A stretch of 64,000 bases of DNA from Planctomycetota bacterium (GTDB taxonomy: Bacteria > Planctomycetota > UBA1135 > UBA2386): the NCBI GenBank assembly GCA_947501605.1, contig CANMWZ010000003.1, forward strand, positions 32,001 to 96,000. Direction: 5' to 3'. Below, piece by piece: positions 39,519-49,699 of the stretch. Both the position numbers and the translations under genes were made by a program. The notes under the pieces are model-generated. The model was not told the DNA's origin. It worked only from the letters and a program-made list of their open reading frames with translations, and ran no database searches. The first letter of the stretch is position 1, and each line of letters starts with the position of its first letter.

Positions 39519-40552
39519 CGCGCCCAATGCTCCTGCCACGAAGCCAGCATGTCCGCACGCACTGCGGCATCGAGTGCCGCAGCGACAGAACAGGGCTCCC
39601 CGTGCCCCGAGAGTTCGCGCAGCACCTCGTGCATTGCGACGAAGGCGAGTGCGTCCGGCTCGACTCCCATCGTCGGCAACAACAACACTGCCGCCTCGGC
39701 AGGTAGCAATGCCGCGGTGCGCCGAGCACCTGCGGCACGCACGGTGGGATCCGGATCCGACAGAGACATCGCACAGAACTCGGGAAGCACAGATCGATCC
39801 ACCTTCGCTCGCGCAACTCCAGTGCGGCGCAGCGTGGGATCCGGATCGGACACGGCAATCGAACACGCCCTCGCAGCGATGGACGCGTCCAGTCGGAGCA
39901 ACAACTCGAGCACGTGCAGTCGATGCGCTGGTTCCTGGGCCCCGCGCAAATCAGCCAGCAGATCCCGAGTACGCACCGACCGTGCCCTGGAGCGAGTCGA
40001 AACCGCGTTCTCAACCCACGAGACGTCCTCGCTGCGCTCGCGCACGAAGGTCGCGCCGGCCGGTGTATCTCGGAGTGACTGCAACGCCGCTTCCGCGGCA
40101 ACCGCATCGCCTTCGAGCCACGTGAGCTCGGCCAATTCGAACCAGAGCCCCGGCCCGAAAGCGGTCGCGTGCGCGTCGCGTAACGCCTCCAGTTCGACGA
40201 TGGCTTCCCGACGGCGACCGAGATCACGAAGCACCCCGGCGCGAGCCGCTAGCAAACCGGGGTCGTTTGACGCCCGCCGAGCGGCGACCGACAGGACCAG
40301 CAAAGCCTCGGGCAAGCGTTCTTCGGCATCGAGCAGTGCCACCAGGGCAAGTGCCACCGTAGTTGGTGTGATCGAGGTCGCCAGCTCATTACGCAACTCG
40401 GCTTCCGTGCGCGCCACGGCAGCTGGCATCTCCACACGTGTCGGCGGCATCAGACTCTCGCTACCGCCGCCGAAGGAGGACGACGGCGCGACGTCTGGCG
40501 TCGCGCAGCCTGCGAGCACGAGTCCGAGGATCGCAGTCGCCGTTCGTGGCAT
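39515..40552 (-). CDS. TPR/HEAT-repeat lipoprotein
   Basis: Lipobox LAGC; TPR-like helices; two SDPDPTxR HEAT motifs. Confidence 0.7.
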   Translation of the reverse strand: MPRTATAILGLVLAGCATPDVAPSSSFGGGSESLMPPTRVEMPAAVARTEAELRNELATSITPTTVALALVALLDAEERLPEALLVLSVAARRASNDPGLLAARAGVLRDLGRRREAIVELEALRDAHATAFGPGLWFELAELTWLEGDAVAAEAALQSLRDTPAGATFVRERSEDVSWVENAVSTRSRARSVRTRDLLADLRGAQEPAHRLHVLELLLRLDASIAARACSIAVSDPDPTLRRTGVARAKVDRSVLPEFCAMSLSDPDPTVRAAGARRTAALLPAEAAVLLLPTMGVEPDALAFVAMHEVLRELSGHGEPCSVAAALDAAVRADMLASWQEHWAR

Positions 40553-40625
40553 CCCCGGCAAGTTGTAGCCACGAGCCTCCACAGTGCACCCTTGTTTTCA
40601 GGCCGCGATTGGGAAAGGTGCTCGA

Positions 40626-41459
40626 ATGCGAACGCCGACGATCGAACCCAGCATCCTGATCGCTGCCCAGAAGGTTGCGATCGACAGCGTACTGCGCGCT
40701 GCGGCGACGGCGACGACGCGCGGACGCCCTCGGAACGCACGAACTGCTCGGCGCAAGGACGTCGGCGATTTCGTGACCGCGATCGACCTCGCCTGCGAAC
40801 GCATGCTCAAGAAGGAACTCGCTGCCGGCTTCCCAGAAGCAGGATTCCTCGGCGAAGAGACTGCATCCAGAGCGCTCGAACGCGACTTCGTTTGGGTCGT
40901 GGATCCGATCGACGGCACCAGCAACTTTGCGAACCGCTTGCCGCAGTGGTCCGTCGCAGTCGCCTTGGTCCATCGAGGATCACCCGTCGTGGCCGCCATG
41001 TGGTGCGAACCGGAAGGCGCGCTCTACACCGCAATCCGCGGCTTTGGTGCCCTGCGCAACGGCACACCGTTGCCGAAGGCAACACCGCGGTGGGATGACG
41101 GCTCGATCGTCGGCTGCCAGTGGCACCGCGGACAACAGCAGATGCAGTTCCTAGCAGCCTTGCAGCGCGACGGCGCCCGGATCCGCACCTTCGGTTGCAC
41201 AGTGGTGCAACTGGTCGATGTCGCCTGTGGCCGCCTCGATGGGAATGTGCAGCAGCAGGGCCGGGTCTGGGATATTGCCGCACCGGGCTTGTTGCTTGAA
41301 GAAGTCGGCGGGCTGCTCACCGACTGGCGAGGCAAGCCGGTGTTTCCGCTCAAGACGCTCACCCAGGGACACCTTCCGACCATTGGAGCCATGCCCAAGG
41401 TACACAGCAAAATCGTCGCACGCATGCGCTCGCAGCGCGTTGTCGTTCCGTCCAGGTAA
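40626..41459 (+). CDS. Inositol monophosphatase family protein
   Basis: DFVTAID, FLGEE, WVVDPIDGTSNF, GRLDG, WDIAA. Confidence 0.92.
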   Translation: MRTPTIEPSILIAAQKVAIDSVLRAAATATTRGRPRNARTARRKDVGDFVTAIDLACERMLKKELAAGFPEAGFLGEETASRALERDFVWVVDPIDGTSNFANRLPQWSVAVALVHRGSPVVAAMWCEPEGALYTAIRGFGALRNGTPLPKATPRWDDGSIVGCQWHRGQQQMQFLAALQRDGARIRTFGCTVVQLVDVACGRLDGNVQQQGRVWDIAAPGLLLEEVGGLLTDWRGKPVFPLKTLTQGHLPTIGAMPKVHSKIVARMRSQRVVVPSR

Positions 41460-41630
41460 CATACCCGCCAGCCGGTACGACGACCGACTGGGAGCATGCG
41501 CGCCGCCGGGGATCATCAGGAAGCTTGGCCCTGCTTTTGCGTGGATGAGTGTCAGAGGGTTGCTATCCTGCCGCCCTCGAACACTCGGCCAGCCAGGCCA
41601 ACCTGGCCGGCACCCTTGGAGCAATCGATC

Positions 41631-43754
41631 ATGAAGAAGCTCGTTCTTGCAGGCCTTTGCTGCGCCGGCGTCCTCGCGCTGCTGCCGCAGACCGGCAACG
41701 CCCACGGTGGTCAGTATCGTGGCCCTGGCGACGTTGTCCCGCCGAACCCCGGTGGCGGTCGTGGCGGTGGCCCTGGTGGCCCCGCAACTCCTGGCCCCGG
41801 TGGCCCCGCGACCCCTGGCCCTGGCGGTCCTGCAGCGCCTGGCCCGGCCGGGCCGGCGACAGGCGGGCCAGCGGGCCCCGCGGGCGGCAAGGGCCCAACG
41901 ACTGGTGGTCGAGGCATCCAACTCGAGGACGACCTCAACCTGTGGCAGTTCTGGTGGGAGTTCAACAAGGACCCGTTCATCCGCCTGCGCGACGCGATCC
42001 ACAGCAGCACCGCAGTGTCGGGTAGCGACGAGTTCTATCTCGGCGCCACCCGCAAGGTCGATGCCCAGGACACGATGAGTCCTTCGGAAGAAGATCGACT
42101 CAACGTCATCCTTCCGGCATTGAAGAAGGCGATCGACTCGACCGATGACCGCGACATCACGTCCTCGTGCATGGTCGCGATGGCCAAGGTCGGCCGCAAC
42201 CACAGCGAGTTCCGCCTGCACGACGTGTTTGCCGAGCGCTTGAAGCGCGGCGACCAGGAGATCCGCGAGACAGCGGCACTGTCCTTCGGCATCGCGGCAC
42301 TGCCCGAAGTCGAGAACATTGACCTGCTGGCGGGCTTGGCTCTCGACAACGAAGTCGGCCGAAAGGCGGGCAGCGGTGGTGAAGTCAATGACCGCACGCG
42401 CTCCTTCGCCTGCTACGGCCTGGGTCTCGTCGCCCATGCCAACGCCGACGTGACCCTGAAGCGCAAGGCTTTCGACGCTCTCCGCCAAGTCGTGGACGAC
42501 GACAAGAAGAGCAGCCGCAACACCAAGGTTGCCGCCATCACCGCCATCGGGCTGCTGAACGCATCGCCCACGGGCCCCACCGCGACTCCGGTAACCGGCA
42601 CAGAGACTCCTGCAGCTCCGGGCAGCGAAGACGGCCGCGCCCTGGTCGCCGAGGCTCTGAAGTGCCTTGAGGCTTACTACAATCGAGAACTCGGTTCGGG
42701 CGAGCAGGTGCTGCAATCCCATGCCCCGACTTCGATCGCCAAGCTTCTTGGTCGCGATTATCCCGACTCGAAGGTGGTCACCGACTACAAGAAGATGTTC
42801 TCCAATGACCTCGCCGACAAGGGCAAGGTGAAGCGCAGCAGCAACGACATCCCCCGCTCGTGCGTTTTGGCGCTTGGCCAACTCTGCAGCCCGATCGACG
42901 ACGAGAAGTCGGCCGACTTCGAGTTCGGCAAGCAGTTGCTCGAGACCTGGAAGAGCAACAAGGATCTGCAGACGAAGTACTTCGCGATGCTGGCATTGGG
43001 CCAGATTGGTGGCAAGTGGTGCCGGTCGCAGCTGCTCAAGGAGTTCGACAAGGCCGGCAAGGCCATCGAGCGCCCATGGGTCGCGATGGCGATGGGCGTC
43101 TACTCGTTCAAGAAGTACGAAGCCGATCAGGCCGCAGGCCGCACGATCGAGCTCGAAGAGGAGTTCGGCCGCACGCTGCGCGCCGGCCTCGCGGACGTCA
43201 AGGATCCGAGCGCCGTCTCTGGCCTTGCGGTCGGGCTCGGCCTCATCCGTTACGAAGCAGCTGCCGACGACCTCCGCGACCTCTTGGTCAAGAACCGAGG
43301 CAAGGATGACCTCGCCGGCTACCTCTGCATTGGGCTCGCATTGATGGGCGACAAGCGCGCGATGGTCGACATTCGCGACATCGCCGAGAAGGCACTGCGT
43401 CGCCCCGAATTGCTGCAACAGGCAGCAGTTGCACTGGGCAAGCTTGGCGACAAGGGTGTCGCCGACGAACTGCAGAAGCTGCTCGGCGATGGCGATGCCA
43501 CGCTGGCCACTTTGTCGGCAGTCGCTTCGGCGCTTGGCTTCATCGGCGATCGCCGCACGATCGAACCCTTGAAGCGCATGCTGCAGGATGAGCGCCTGAC
43601 GCCGCTGTCGCGTGCGTTCGCAGCGGTTGCTCTTGGCGGCGTCGGTGACAAAGAGAAGCTGCCTTGGAACAGCAAGATTGGCGTGAACATGAACTATCGC
43701 GCCTCGGTCGAGACGCTGACGGACAAGACCGCCGGCATCCTCGACATCCTCTGA
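41631..43754 (+). CDS. Secreted HEAT-repeat protein with Gly/Pro-rich N-terminal repeats
   Basis: GGAG RBS; signal peptide ending GNA-HGGQYRGPG; PGGPAxPG repeats; many ALALG HEAT units; strong codon bias. Confidence 0.85.
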   Translation: MKKLVLAGLCCAGVLALLPQTGNAHGGQYRGPGDVVPPNPGGGRGGGPGGPATPGPGGPATPGPGGPAAPGPAGPATGGPAGPAGGKGPTTGGRGIQLEDDLNLWQFWWEFNKDPFIRLRDAIHSSTAVSGSDEFYLGATRKVDAQDTMSPSEEDRLNVILPALKKAIDSTDDRDITSSCMVAMAKVGRNHSEFRLHDVFAERLKRGDQEIRETAALSFGIAALPEVENIDLLAGLALDNEVGRKAGSGGEVNDRTRSFACYGLGLVAHANADVTLKRKAFDALRQVVDDDKKSSRNTKVAAITAIGLLNASPTGPTATPVTGTETPAAPGSEDGRALVAEALKCLEAYYNRELGSGEQVLQSHAPTSIAKLLGRDYPDSKVVTDYKKMFSNDLADKGKVKRSSNDIPRSCVLALGQLCSPIDDEKSADFEFGKQLLETWKSNKDLQTKYFAMLALGQIGGKWCRSQLLKEFDKAGKAIERPWVAMAMGVYSFKKYEADQAAGRTIELEEEFGRTLRAGLADVKDPSAVSGLAVGLGLIRYEAAADDLRDLLVKNRGKDDLAGYLCIGLALMGDKRAMVDIRDIAEKALRRPELLQQAAVALGKLGDKGVADELQKLLGDGDATLATLSAVASALGFIGDRRTIEPLKRMLQDERLTPLSRAFAAVALGGVGDKEKLPWNSKIGVNMNYRASVETLTDKTAGILDIL

Positions 43755-43794
43755 TCCAGCAGCGCAAGTCGCAGCCGCCCGCCGCGGTTGCGCT

Positions 43795-43829
43795 ACAGCG
43801 GGCAGTTGCGACACGCAACTGCCCGCTGT
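43795..43829. terminator. Perfect 16-bp hairpin, probable terminator between convergent genes
   Basis: acagcgggcagttgcg-aca-cgcaactgcccgctgt followed by cgtttg. Confidence 0.65.
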
Positions 43830-44056
43830 CGTTTGCGGAGGGTGCTAGCGGGAACCGGACCGAACGCACCGCAGCACGGAGGCTGCGTTTCACTGTGACA
43901 GCAACTTCTCGCAGTCGCGGCACCTGCATTGAGGAGACAGTCGGGGAGTGCCATTTGTGGCCCTCTACGACGCGGTGCCGAATGTCGTTGAGGACACCCA
44001 TCCCCCGCAGCCGTAGCTCATGGCCGAGGAAACGTTGCTTCGCCGTTCACTGTCAA

Positions 44057-46111
44057 CTACCGGCCGGCCGTTCTGACGCTTGCTGACGGCGAGCGGGGCG
44101 CCTGCGACATCCTGTAGCCGAACGCCAACGCGGCCAATAGCCCCACACTGGCGGCCGCAACTGCAACCCAACCATTGCGGCGCGCGACTGACGATGCTCT
44201 GCGGATTGGCTGGAGCTGCCTTTCGAGTTCGGCACGTTGGCTCACCAGCAGGGCCAAGAGCTGCTCCTTCGGTGAGAGCCTCATGGCAGCTTCAAACTCC
44301 AAGTCCGCGCTCTCCAGTTCCCGTAGCGACCAACGGGCCACGCCACACAGATACCGGAGGTAGGCACTGTCTCCCCGACTGCGCTCCGCCGCTGCGATCG
44401 TAGAGCGCGCATCCCCACGACGGAACGCGGCGTAAGCGGACGCCTCGGTGCTCTCCGTGGCTTCATCGCCCTGCATGACAACGAGGACCGCTCCGCCACG
44501 GGAATCGACGTACGAACCTTCCAGCAAGCTGTCGAGCCGCGGGCGATCATCGCAAAGCACATCGTCGTCGTCGCCGCGAACAAACGTAGTCCACTCCGCA
44601 GCGGTCGCTGCCGCGACGACCCGCCGCCATATGGCGAGGTCTCGCGATCCGAGGGACTCACTCCCGAACTTCCACTCGCCGATTCGCTTTGCGTCGATTG
44701 TGCCACCACGACGAGCGATGAGGAGCATGTTGCGCGAGTTAGGAACGTGCATCGCGGCAACGCTGTCGAAGACAACGGCCATCGTACGGGCAATCGCAGT
44801 GAGAACCGGATCCGCTGCGTCAAGCCCACCGACGTTGCACGCCACAACACCGCCGGGCTCGAGCCGCATTGCGCACTGTTCGAAGAACTCGCGGCTCGCG
44901 AGTTGTCCCGGGATGTAGACCTGGTGACTGTAGGCGTCGATGTGGATTGCGTGCCACTTGGCGTGGGATCGAGCCACGAACACCCTGCCGTCCATGTCAT
45001 CCACCACGACACCGGCTGCCCGTGTTCCGGGGAAGAAGGCGTCGCCGAGTTCCACGACCATTGGATCAAGTTCGACTGCATCTACTGTCGCGCCGGGATG
45101 AACGCCTGCGTAGATCCGCCGGATAGTCCCAGCGGCATCGCCAATCGACAGAGCGCGCATTCTATCGGGGCGACTACCGTCGCCGGCCACGATGGGCGCG
45201 ATCGCGTGGAAGTCATAGTAGGAGCTTGGTGGCTGCCCTTCGGTGCCATCACTAGTCAGTACAGCATCGGCAATCGCAACGGACTGGTAGGAGTCGAGGC
45301 CTTCGTTGATCTTCAACTCGGTGCGCGCAGCAGCACCATCGGTCCCAGGAACCCGAACGACGCGTAGATATTGGTAGGCGGATTCCCGCTCGGCAAGCAA
45401 CTCCTGCCCAGCCAACGGAGGCCGCAGAGGCCCCATTGGTACGATGGAAAGTCCAAAACACGCAGCGCTGACTACAAGCGCTGACGGGGACGCAATCAGC
45501 ACTGCCCTGGCGACGAGTAGCAAACCCGAGCAAAGGAGTAACGTGACGCGACAGCCGCACGTCGGCACCAGCCAGTGTGTAGCGAGGAAGGTGCCTACTA
45601 GACTTCCCACTGTTCCCGCTGCCGAGATAACACCAGCCGCACGACCAAGACTCGCCCCGCCGTGCGCGGCGCCGACCACCAGGCCTGGAGTCACAGCGCC
45701 CAGAACCCAAATGGCAGGCGCGAACAACACAATCGCCGCAACGAGCGATCCCCGCACCAGCGCGGGCATGGCTGCGTCGAGCGGTAGATCCTGAGGCAAC
45801 AGCCAGTCCCCGAGTACGGGAGAGAGCCACGGCACAGCAGCAACGAAGGCGGCCGCGAACAGCAGCAGTCGGCCTAGTGGACTCCCACCTGGTCGCTCGG
45901 CCAACGCACCGCCGCTCCAGGCACCCAGCGCGAGGGCCATCAGGATGACCCCGATCACATTGGTCCAGACGTACGCGGAATCGCCGAAGTAGGGCGCCAA
46001 CAACCGGACAGCCGTCAATTCAACGGCCATGCACGACACCCCGCAGAGGGCTGCAACTGCTGCGGCTCGATTCAGCGGCAGCGCGCTGCGGAGAGGGTCA
46101 CTTGCCAGCAC
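44057..46111 (-). CDS. Fused MFS-like membrane / spermidine-synthase-like (SAM-fold) protein with C-terminal TPR; start approximate
   Basis: MAVELTAVRLLAPYFGDS, GTVGSLVGTF, ESAYQYLRV, VELDPMV, DGRVFV, IDAYS, SREFF. Confidence 0.85.
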   Translation of the reverse strand: MLASDPLRSALPLNRAAAVAALCGVSCMAVELTAVRLLAPYFGDSAYVWTNVIGVILMALALGAWSGGALAERPGGSPLGRLLLFAAAFVAAVPWLSPVLGDWLLPQDLPLDAAMPALVRGSLVAAIVLFAPAIWVLGAVTPGLVVGAAHGGASLGRAAGVISAAGTVGSLVGTFLATHWLVPTCGCRVTLLLCSGLLLVARAVLIASPSALVVSAACFGLSIVPMGPLRPPLAGQELLAERESAYQYLRVVRVPGTDGAAARTELKINEGLDSYQSVAIADAVLTSDGTEGQPPSSYYDFHAIAPIVAGDGSRPDRMRALSIGDAAGTIRRIYAGVHPGATVDAVELDPMVVELGDAFFPGTRAAGVVVDDMDGRVFVARSHAKWHAIHIDAYSHQVYIPGQLASREFFEQCAMRLEPGGVVACNVGGLDAADPVLTAIARTMAVVFDSVAAMHVPNSRNMLLIARRGGTIDAKRIGEWKFGSESLGSRDLAIWRRVVAAATAAEWTTFVRGDDDDVLCDDRPRLDSLLEGSYVDSRGGAVLVVMQGDEATESTEASAYAAFRRGDARSTIAAAERSRGDSAYLRYLCGVARWSLRELESADLEFEAAMRLSPKEQLLALLVSQRAELERQLQPIRRASSVARRNGWVAVAAASVGLLAALAFGYRMSQAPRSPSASVRTAGR

Positions 46112-47510
46112 CGGTAGCCGCCGACTTGTTCTCGGGCTGCGGCACATTGACGCGGAACTCAACGGGGAACAGGAACTGAGTGTCGTACTTCTGAAGCATG
46201 CGCCGGAGCATGCTTGTGAAATCGCGGCCGCGCTTTTCCGTGATCGCCTTGTCGTTCACGACGATCGTCACCGGTTTGTCGAGGTCGACGATCGCATCGT
46301 TCAGCGACAGGATCACGGATTCGACGCCGGTGCATGTGACCTTGATGCGGTTCTGTTCTCGATCGGACTCGATCTCCACTCGCGGCTTCATTCCCTCTGG
46401 CGCGGTATGAACGGACACCATCTTCTCAATGGCCACCCAATAGGCCTTGCGGAACCGATCGTCGTTGGGCTCGATGATGATCTTCTTGCGGTTCACCACC
46501 CGCTTGGGCGTCGCCATCCATTTCTCGATCTCTGCCGCCGCAGCCAAGTAGGGATAGGCGTCCGTCGTCGTCAGGATCGTGCAGGAGGCGCCGTCAACCT
46601 TGTCGAGGCGCTCCTTCAGAGCGGAACATGCCGCGGCAGTCTCTGCCGAGGACAGCAACAAGAAGCTGGTGCCGCCGAGGCTCCCCAATCGCAGTTCATC
46701 TACTGGGATCGGGTGCCTGAGGATGACGCCGCTAAAAAGGTCTGGGAAGTGTGAGGCAAGGCGCATTGCGAAGCCCGTAGCGCCCTTGCCAGCATCGAGG
46801 AAGCGCTTCGACCGATCGACATTGTAGCTGCGCTGCGTGTCTCCGAACGACTGGATGAGCACCTCGATTCGCTGCCGCTCTTGACCCTCGGCTTCTGTCT
46901 TTGAGTAGTCGGGCATCGAGTCGAGCTCGACCTCCTTCGCCACCACGGGAATGTGCAGAATGGTGTCCCCAACGAGCGGACTCTTATCGGTCCACGTCGT
47001 GTCGAACCACTTCTTGCCATCGACCCACTCATTCTTCTCGTCGAGGCCTGGCACGAGCAGCAAGGCTCGGATGGAAGTCTCGGCCTTGTAGCTCTTGGGC
47101 ACGGACAACCAGTGGGCCGGAATGCCGTCTTTTGCATCCACCTTCCGCAATGACAGACCTGCTTTGCGATCGTAAGGGATCCCGTTGGCAAAGATGACCT
47201 CGAGGTCCGGGACCGACTTCAGCAGGTCGCCGTGCTTCTCCGACTGCCGCTTCCATTCGGTCAAGAAGGCTTCTTTCGATTGGTCGTAGGTCTTTTGGGC
47301 CTTCTCGCGCGCCTTCCCGACGACGCTAGGGTCGTCGTAGGCAATCTGTGCTTCCATGAACTTGGAGAGCTTCGCCTGCAGCGACTTCTGCTCGGCTGCG
47401 GCCAGTTTCGGTTGGGGATCCTGCACCGAGGGCGTCCAGTGCGTGGGCTCGGCATGAAGCATGGTTCCGAGAGCAGCGATCGTCAGCGAGGCAAGCAAGG
47501 GCATCAGCAT
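46098..47510 (-). CDS. Secreted alpha/beta-hydrolase-like protein lacking GxSxG
   Basis: Signal peptide; LSVPKSY...LLLVPG, YNVDRSKRFLDAGKGATG...FPDLFSGV; C-terminal LSLNDAIVDLDKPVTIVVN domain. Confidence 0.65.
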   Translation of the reverse strand: MLMPLLASLTIAALGTMLHAEPTHWTPSVQDPQPKLAAAEQKSLQAKLSKFMEAQIAYDDPSVVGKAREKAQKTYDQSKEAFLTEWKRQSEKHGDLLKSVPDLEVIFANGIPYDRKAGLSLRKVDAKDGIPAHWLSVPKSYKAETSIRALLLVPGLDEKNEWVDGKKWFDTTWTDKSPLVGDTILHIPVVAKEVELDSMPDYSKTEAEGQERQRIEVLIQSFGDTQRSYNVDRSKRFLDAGKGATGFAMRLASHFPDLFSGVILRHPIPVDELRLGSLGGTSFLLLSSAETAAACSALKERLDKVDGASCTILTTTDAYPYLAAAAEIEKWMATPKRVVNRKKIIIEPNDDRFRKAYWVAIEKMVSVHTAPEGMKPRVEIESDREQNRIKVTCTGVESVILSLNDAIVDLDKPVTIVVNDKAITEKRGRDFTSMLRRMLQKYDTQFLFPVEFRVNVPQPENKSAATGAGK

Positions 47511-47584
47511 CTCCGGTTCCTGTAGAGGTTCCGCCGACATACAACGGGGCGTAGAGCGGTCTACGAAACGCTCTCGGGCGCAGG

Positions 47585-48490
47585 TTAGCGTCCGCGGGCG
47601 CGGTTGTCAGGTTGTTGTTGCAGCACGGGCTTCCCTGCCCGTCGCAAGACCAGATCGATCACGGCCCGCCGTAGCAGCGCGGCACTTGGCCTAGTGGCGA
47701 GTGCCTGCTCTGCCCACGCTAGCGGGTCCACGACAGCGGACATGAGAACGCCATCGAGGACCAGATTGGTAATCGAGGGCCCCTCGCCAAGCTTTGCATC
47801 CAGAGCAAGGCTGCGCAGAAATGCAGCCCGAGCACCGGCCTGATCGCCGCTCACGCGCAGTAGCAGTCCATAATCGTTCCAGGTCCAAGGATCGCCGGGA
47901 GCCAGTTCGAGCGCCCGCTCATACGCATGCTTCGCGCCGACCAAATCGGCGGTGTGGCGGAGAGCGAGTGCGAGGTTGGCGAAGCGGGATGCGTGCGCAG
48001 GCAAGCCGCTCGCCAAGGCGTCGAACAGCCACAGCCCTTCCGCCGTAGAGCCAGATCGCAGCAAGTCGTCCGCAATGGGCAGGAGGAGCGCCTCATCCGC
48101 AGCGAGCACCCCCGCAAAGGCCGTTGGGTCGTCGACTCGTGCAGCCCTGGCTTGGGTGACGAACTCGTGCCCATCGCCGAGGGCGGCAAGACACCGAAGG
48201 TAGGTCGGAACGGAGTCACGATCCGTCCTGTTGGCTTCGCGCGCTGCACGGAACAGCCGGCATCCCTGCAGAAGATTGCCGGCGCGGTAGGCAACGACAA
48301 TGCTGCCCGCCAGCCGGTCGTCGCGATCTGGCCCCGGTGCGATTCGCAGGAAGTGCTGCAGGGCAGACTCGGCGGCAGCTGAATCCGGCAAACCGGCTGC
48401 AACTGCACGATCAAAATCGACCGCCTGCGCCGGCAGCCACGCAACGAGCAAGCCCAACGCGAGCGGCCGCATGCTCCGCAGGAGATTCAC
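47585..48490 (-). CDS. Secreted TPR protein
   Basis: Signal peptide; AYERALELAPGDPWTWNDYGLLL TPR. Confidence 0.75.
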   Translation of the reverse strand: MNLLRSMRPLALGLLVAWLPAQAVDFDRAVAAGLPDSAAAESALQHFLRIAPGPDRDDRLAGSIVVAYRAGNLLQGCRLFRAAREANRTDRDSVPTYLRCLAALGDGHEFVTQARAARVDDPTAFAGVLAADEALLLPIADDLLRSGSTAEGLWLFDALASGLPAHASRFANLALALRHTADLVGAKHAYERALELAPGDPWTWNDYGLLLRVSGDQAGARAAFLRSLALDAKLGEGPSITNLVLDGVLMSAVVDPLAWAEQALATRPSAALLRRAVIDLVLRRAGKPVLQQQPDNRARGR

Positions 48491-49527
48491 ACCAGTTCGA
48501 CGGTCCGATCGCCGGCGATGATCTCACCCATGCGGAATGCCGGCTCCCCAATCCCGGCGAGACGCCGCTCGACAGCATCCGCGTTTTTGGCGTCAACGAT
48601 CAGCACCATGCCCACGCCCATGTTGAGCACGCGGTAGGCCTCGTCTCGCGAAACTTTGCCGCGCTGCGTGATCAACGTGCAGATGGGCAACTCAGGGATC
48701 ACTTCGACGCGAATGCGCGCACTCGTGCCCTTGGGCAGTACCCGAGGAACGTTGTCGTACAATCCACCGCCGGTGATGTGAGCCATCGCGTGCAGCAGGC
48801 CATCATGAACCAGCGGCAGCAGCGGCTTCAGATAGCTGCGGTGAACGGCTAGCAGAGCGTCACCAACGGACTTGCCGCGCAATTCGACGGGCTTGTCGGT
48901 CAAGGTGAGCCCCGCGTCGGTGAACAAGACCTTCCGCGCGAGGGAGTATCCGTTCGTGTGGAGACCTGAGCTCGAGAGACCGATCAGCACGTCGCCCTTC
49001 TTGACCGCCGCACCGTCGAGCAGGTGCTCCCGCGCGACCGAACCGACAATCGTGCCGGCAATGTCAATCTCGCCCGCCTGATACACGCCTGGCATCTCCG
49101 CCGTCTCACCACCGATGAGAGCGCAGCCATTCATCCGACACGCCTTGGCCAGCCCAGAGATCACCTGGTGCACACTCGGCGGGTGCATCTTTGACATGGC
49201 GATGTAGTCCAGGAAGAAGAGTGGCCTTGCTCCTTGGACCAGGATGTCGTTGACGCAGTGGTTCACTAGGTCCTCGCCCACCGTCGTGAAGTCGCCGTGC
49301 TTAGCAGCGATCATCACTTTGGTGCCGACCCCATCCGTGGAGGCCACGAGCAGCTCGCCGTTGGCGCCAGCCGCAGCAGGATCGAACAGTCCACCGAACA
49401 TGCCGATGTCGCCAACGACACCTTTCGTGAAGGTGGAACGAATGGCCTCGGTGGCGCCGGTCACAGCGGCGTACTTGAGGTCGATGTCGACCCCCGAGTC
49501 ACGGTAGGCAGGCGAGGCTTTGCTCAA
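48487..49527 (-). CDS. purM: Phosphoribosylformylglycinamidine cyclo-ligase (AIR synthase)
   Basis: YRDSGVDI, STDGVGTK, VNDILVQGARPLFFLDY, GGETAEMPG, SSGLHTNGYSL, HITGGG; TTG start with GGAG RBS. Confidence 0.96.
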   Translation of the reverse strand: MSKASPAYRDSGVDIDLKYAAVTGATEAIRSTFTKGVVGDIGMFGGLFDPAAAGANGELLVASTDGVGTKVMIAAKHGDFTTVGEDLVNHCVNDILVQGARPLFFLDYIAMSKMHPPSVHQVISGLAKACRMNGCALIGGETAEMPGVYQAGEIDIAGTIVGSVAREHLLDGAAVKKGDVLIGLSSSGLHTNGYSLARKVLFTDAGLTLTDKPVELRGKSVGDALLAVHRSYLKPLLPLVHDGLLHAMAHITGGGLYDNVPRVLPKGTSARIRVEVIPELPICTLITQRGKVSRDEAYRVLNMGVGMVLIVDAKNADAVERRLAGIGEPAFRMGEIIAGDRTVELV

Positions 49528-49699
49528 CGTCGTCTCCGCAGCAGGTGCGCCCGGCTTGCGAGATGCCAGCACGGGCGGACCAACATCATCAGTCCAGAAG
49601 GCCCCCTGAGCAACGGTTGTCACCAAGTCGGTTCGGTCGCTGCAACCGGGTGCCGTGCTGGCCAGAGCATTCTGTTGCCGTGCCCCTCATACTCGTCGC

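Noticed and set aside
41755..41885. Possible CRISPR or DNA repeat array
   Set aside because: The repeats are in-frame, encode Gly/Pro peptide units, vary at synonymous positions and have no spacers; no cas genes are present.
41151..43814. 887-aa minus-strand ORF
   Set aside because: Antisense shadow of the strongly codon-biased HEAT-repeat gene.
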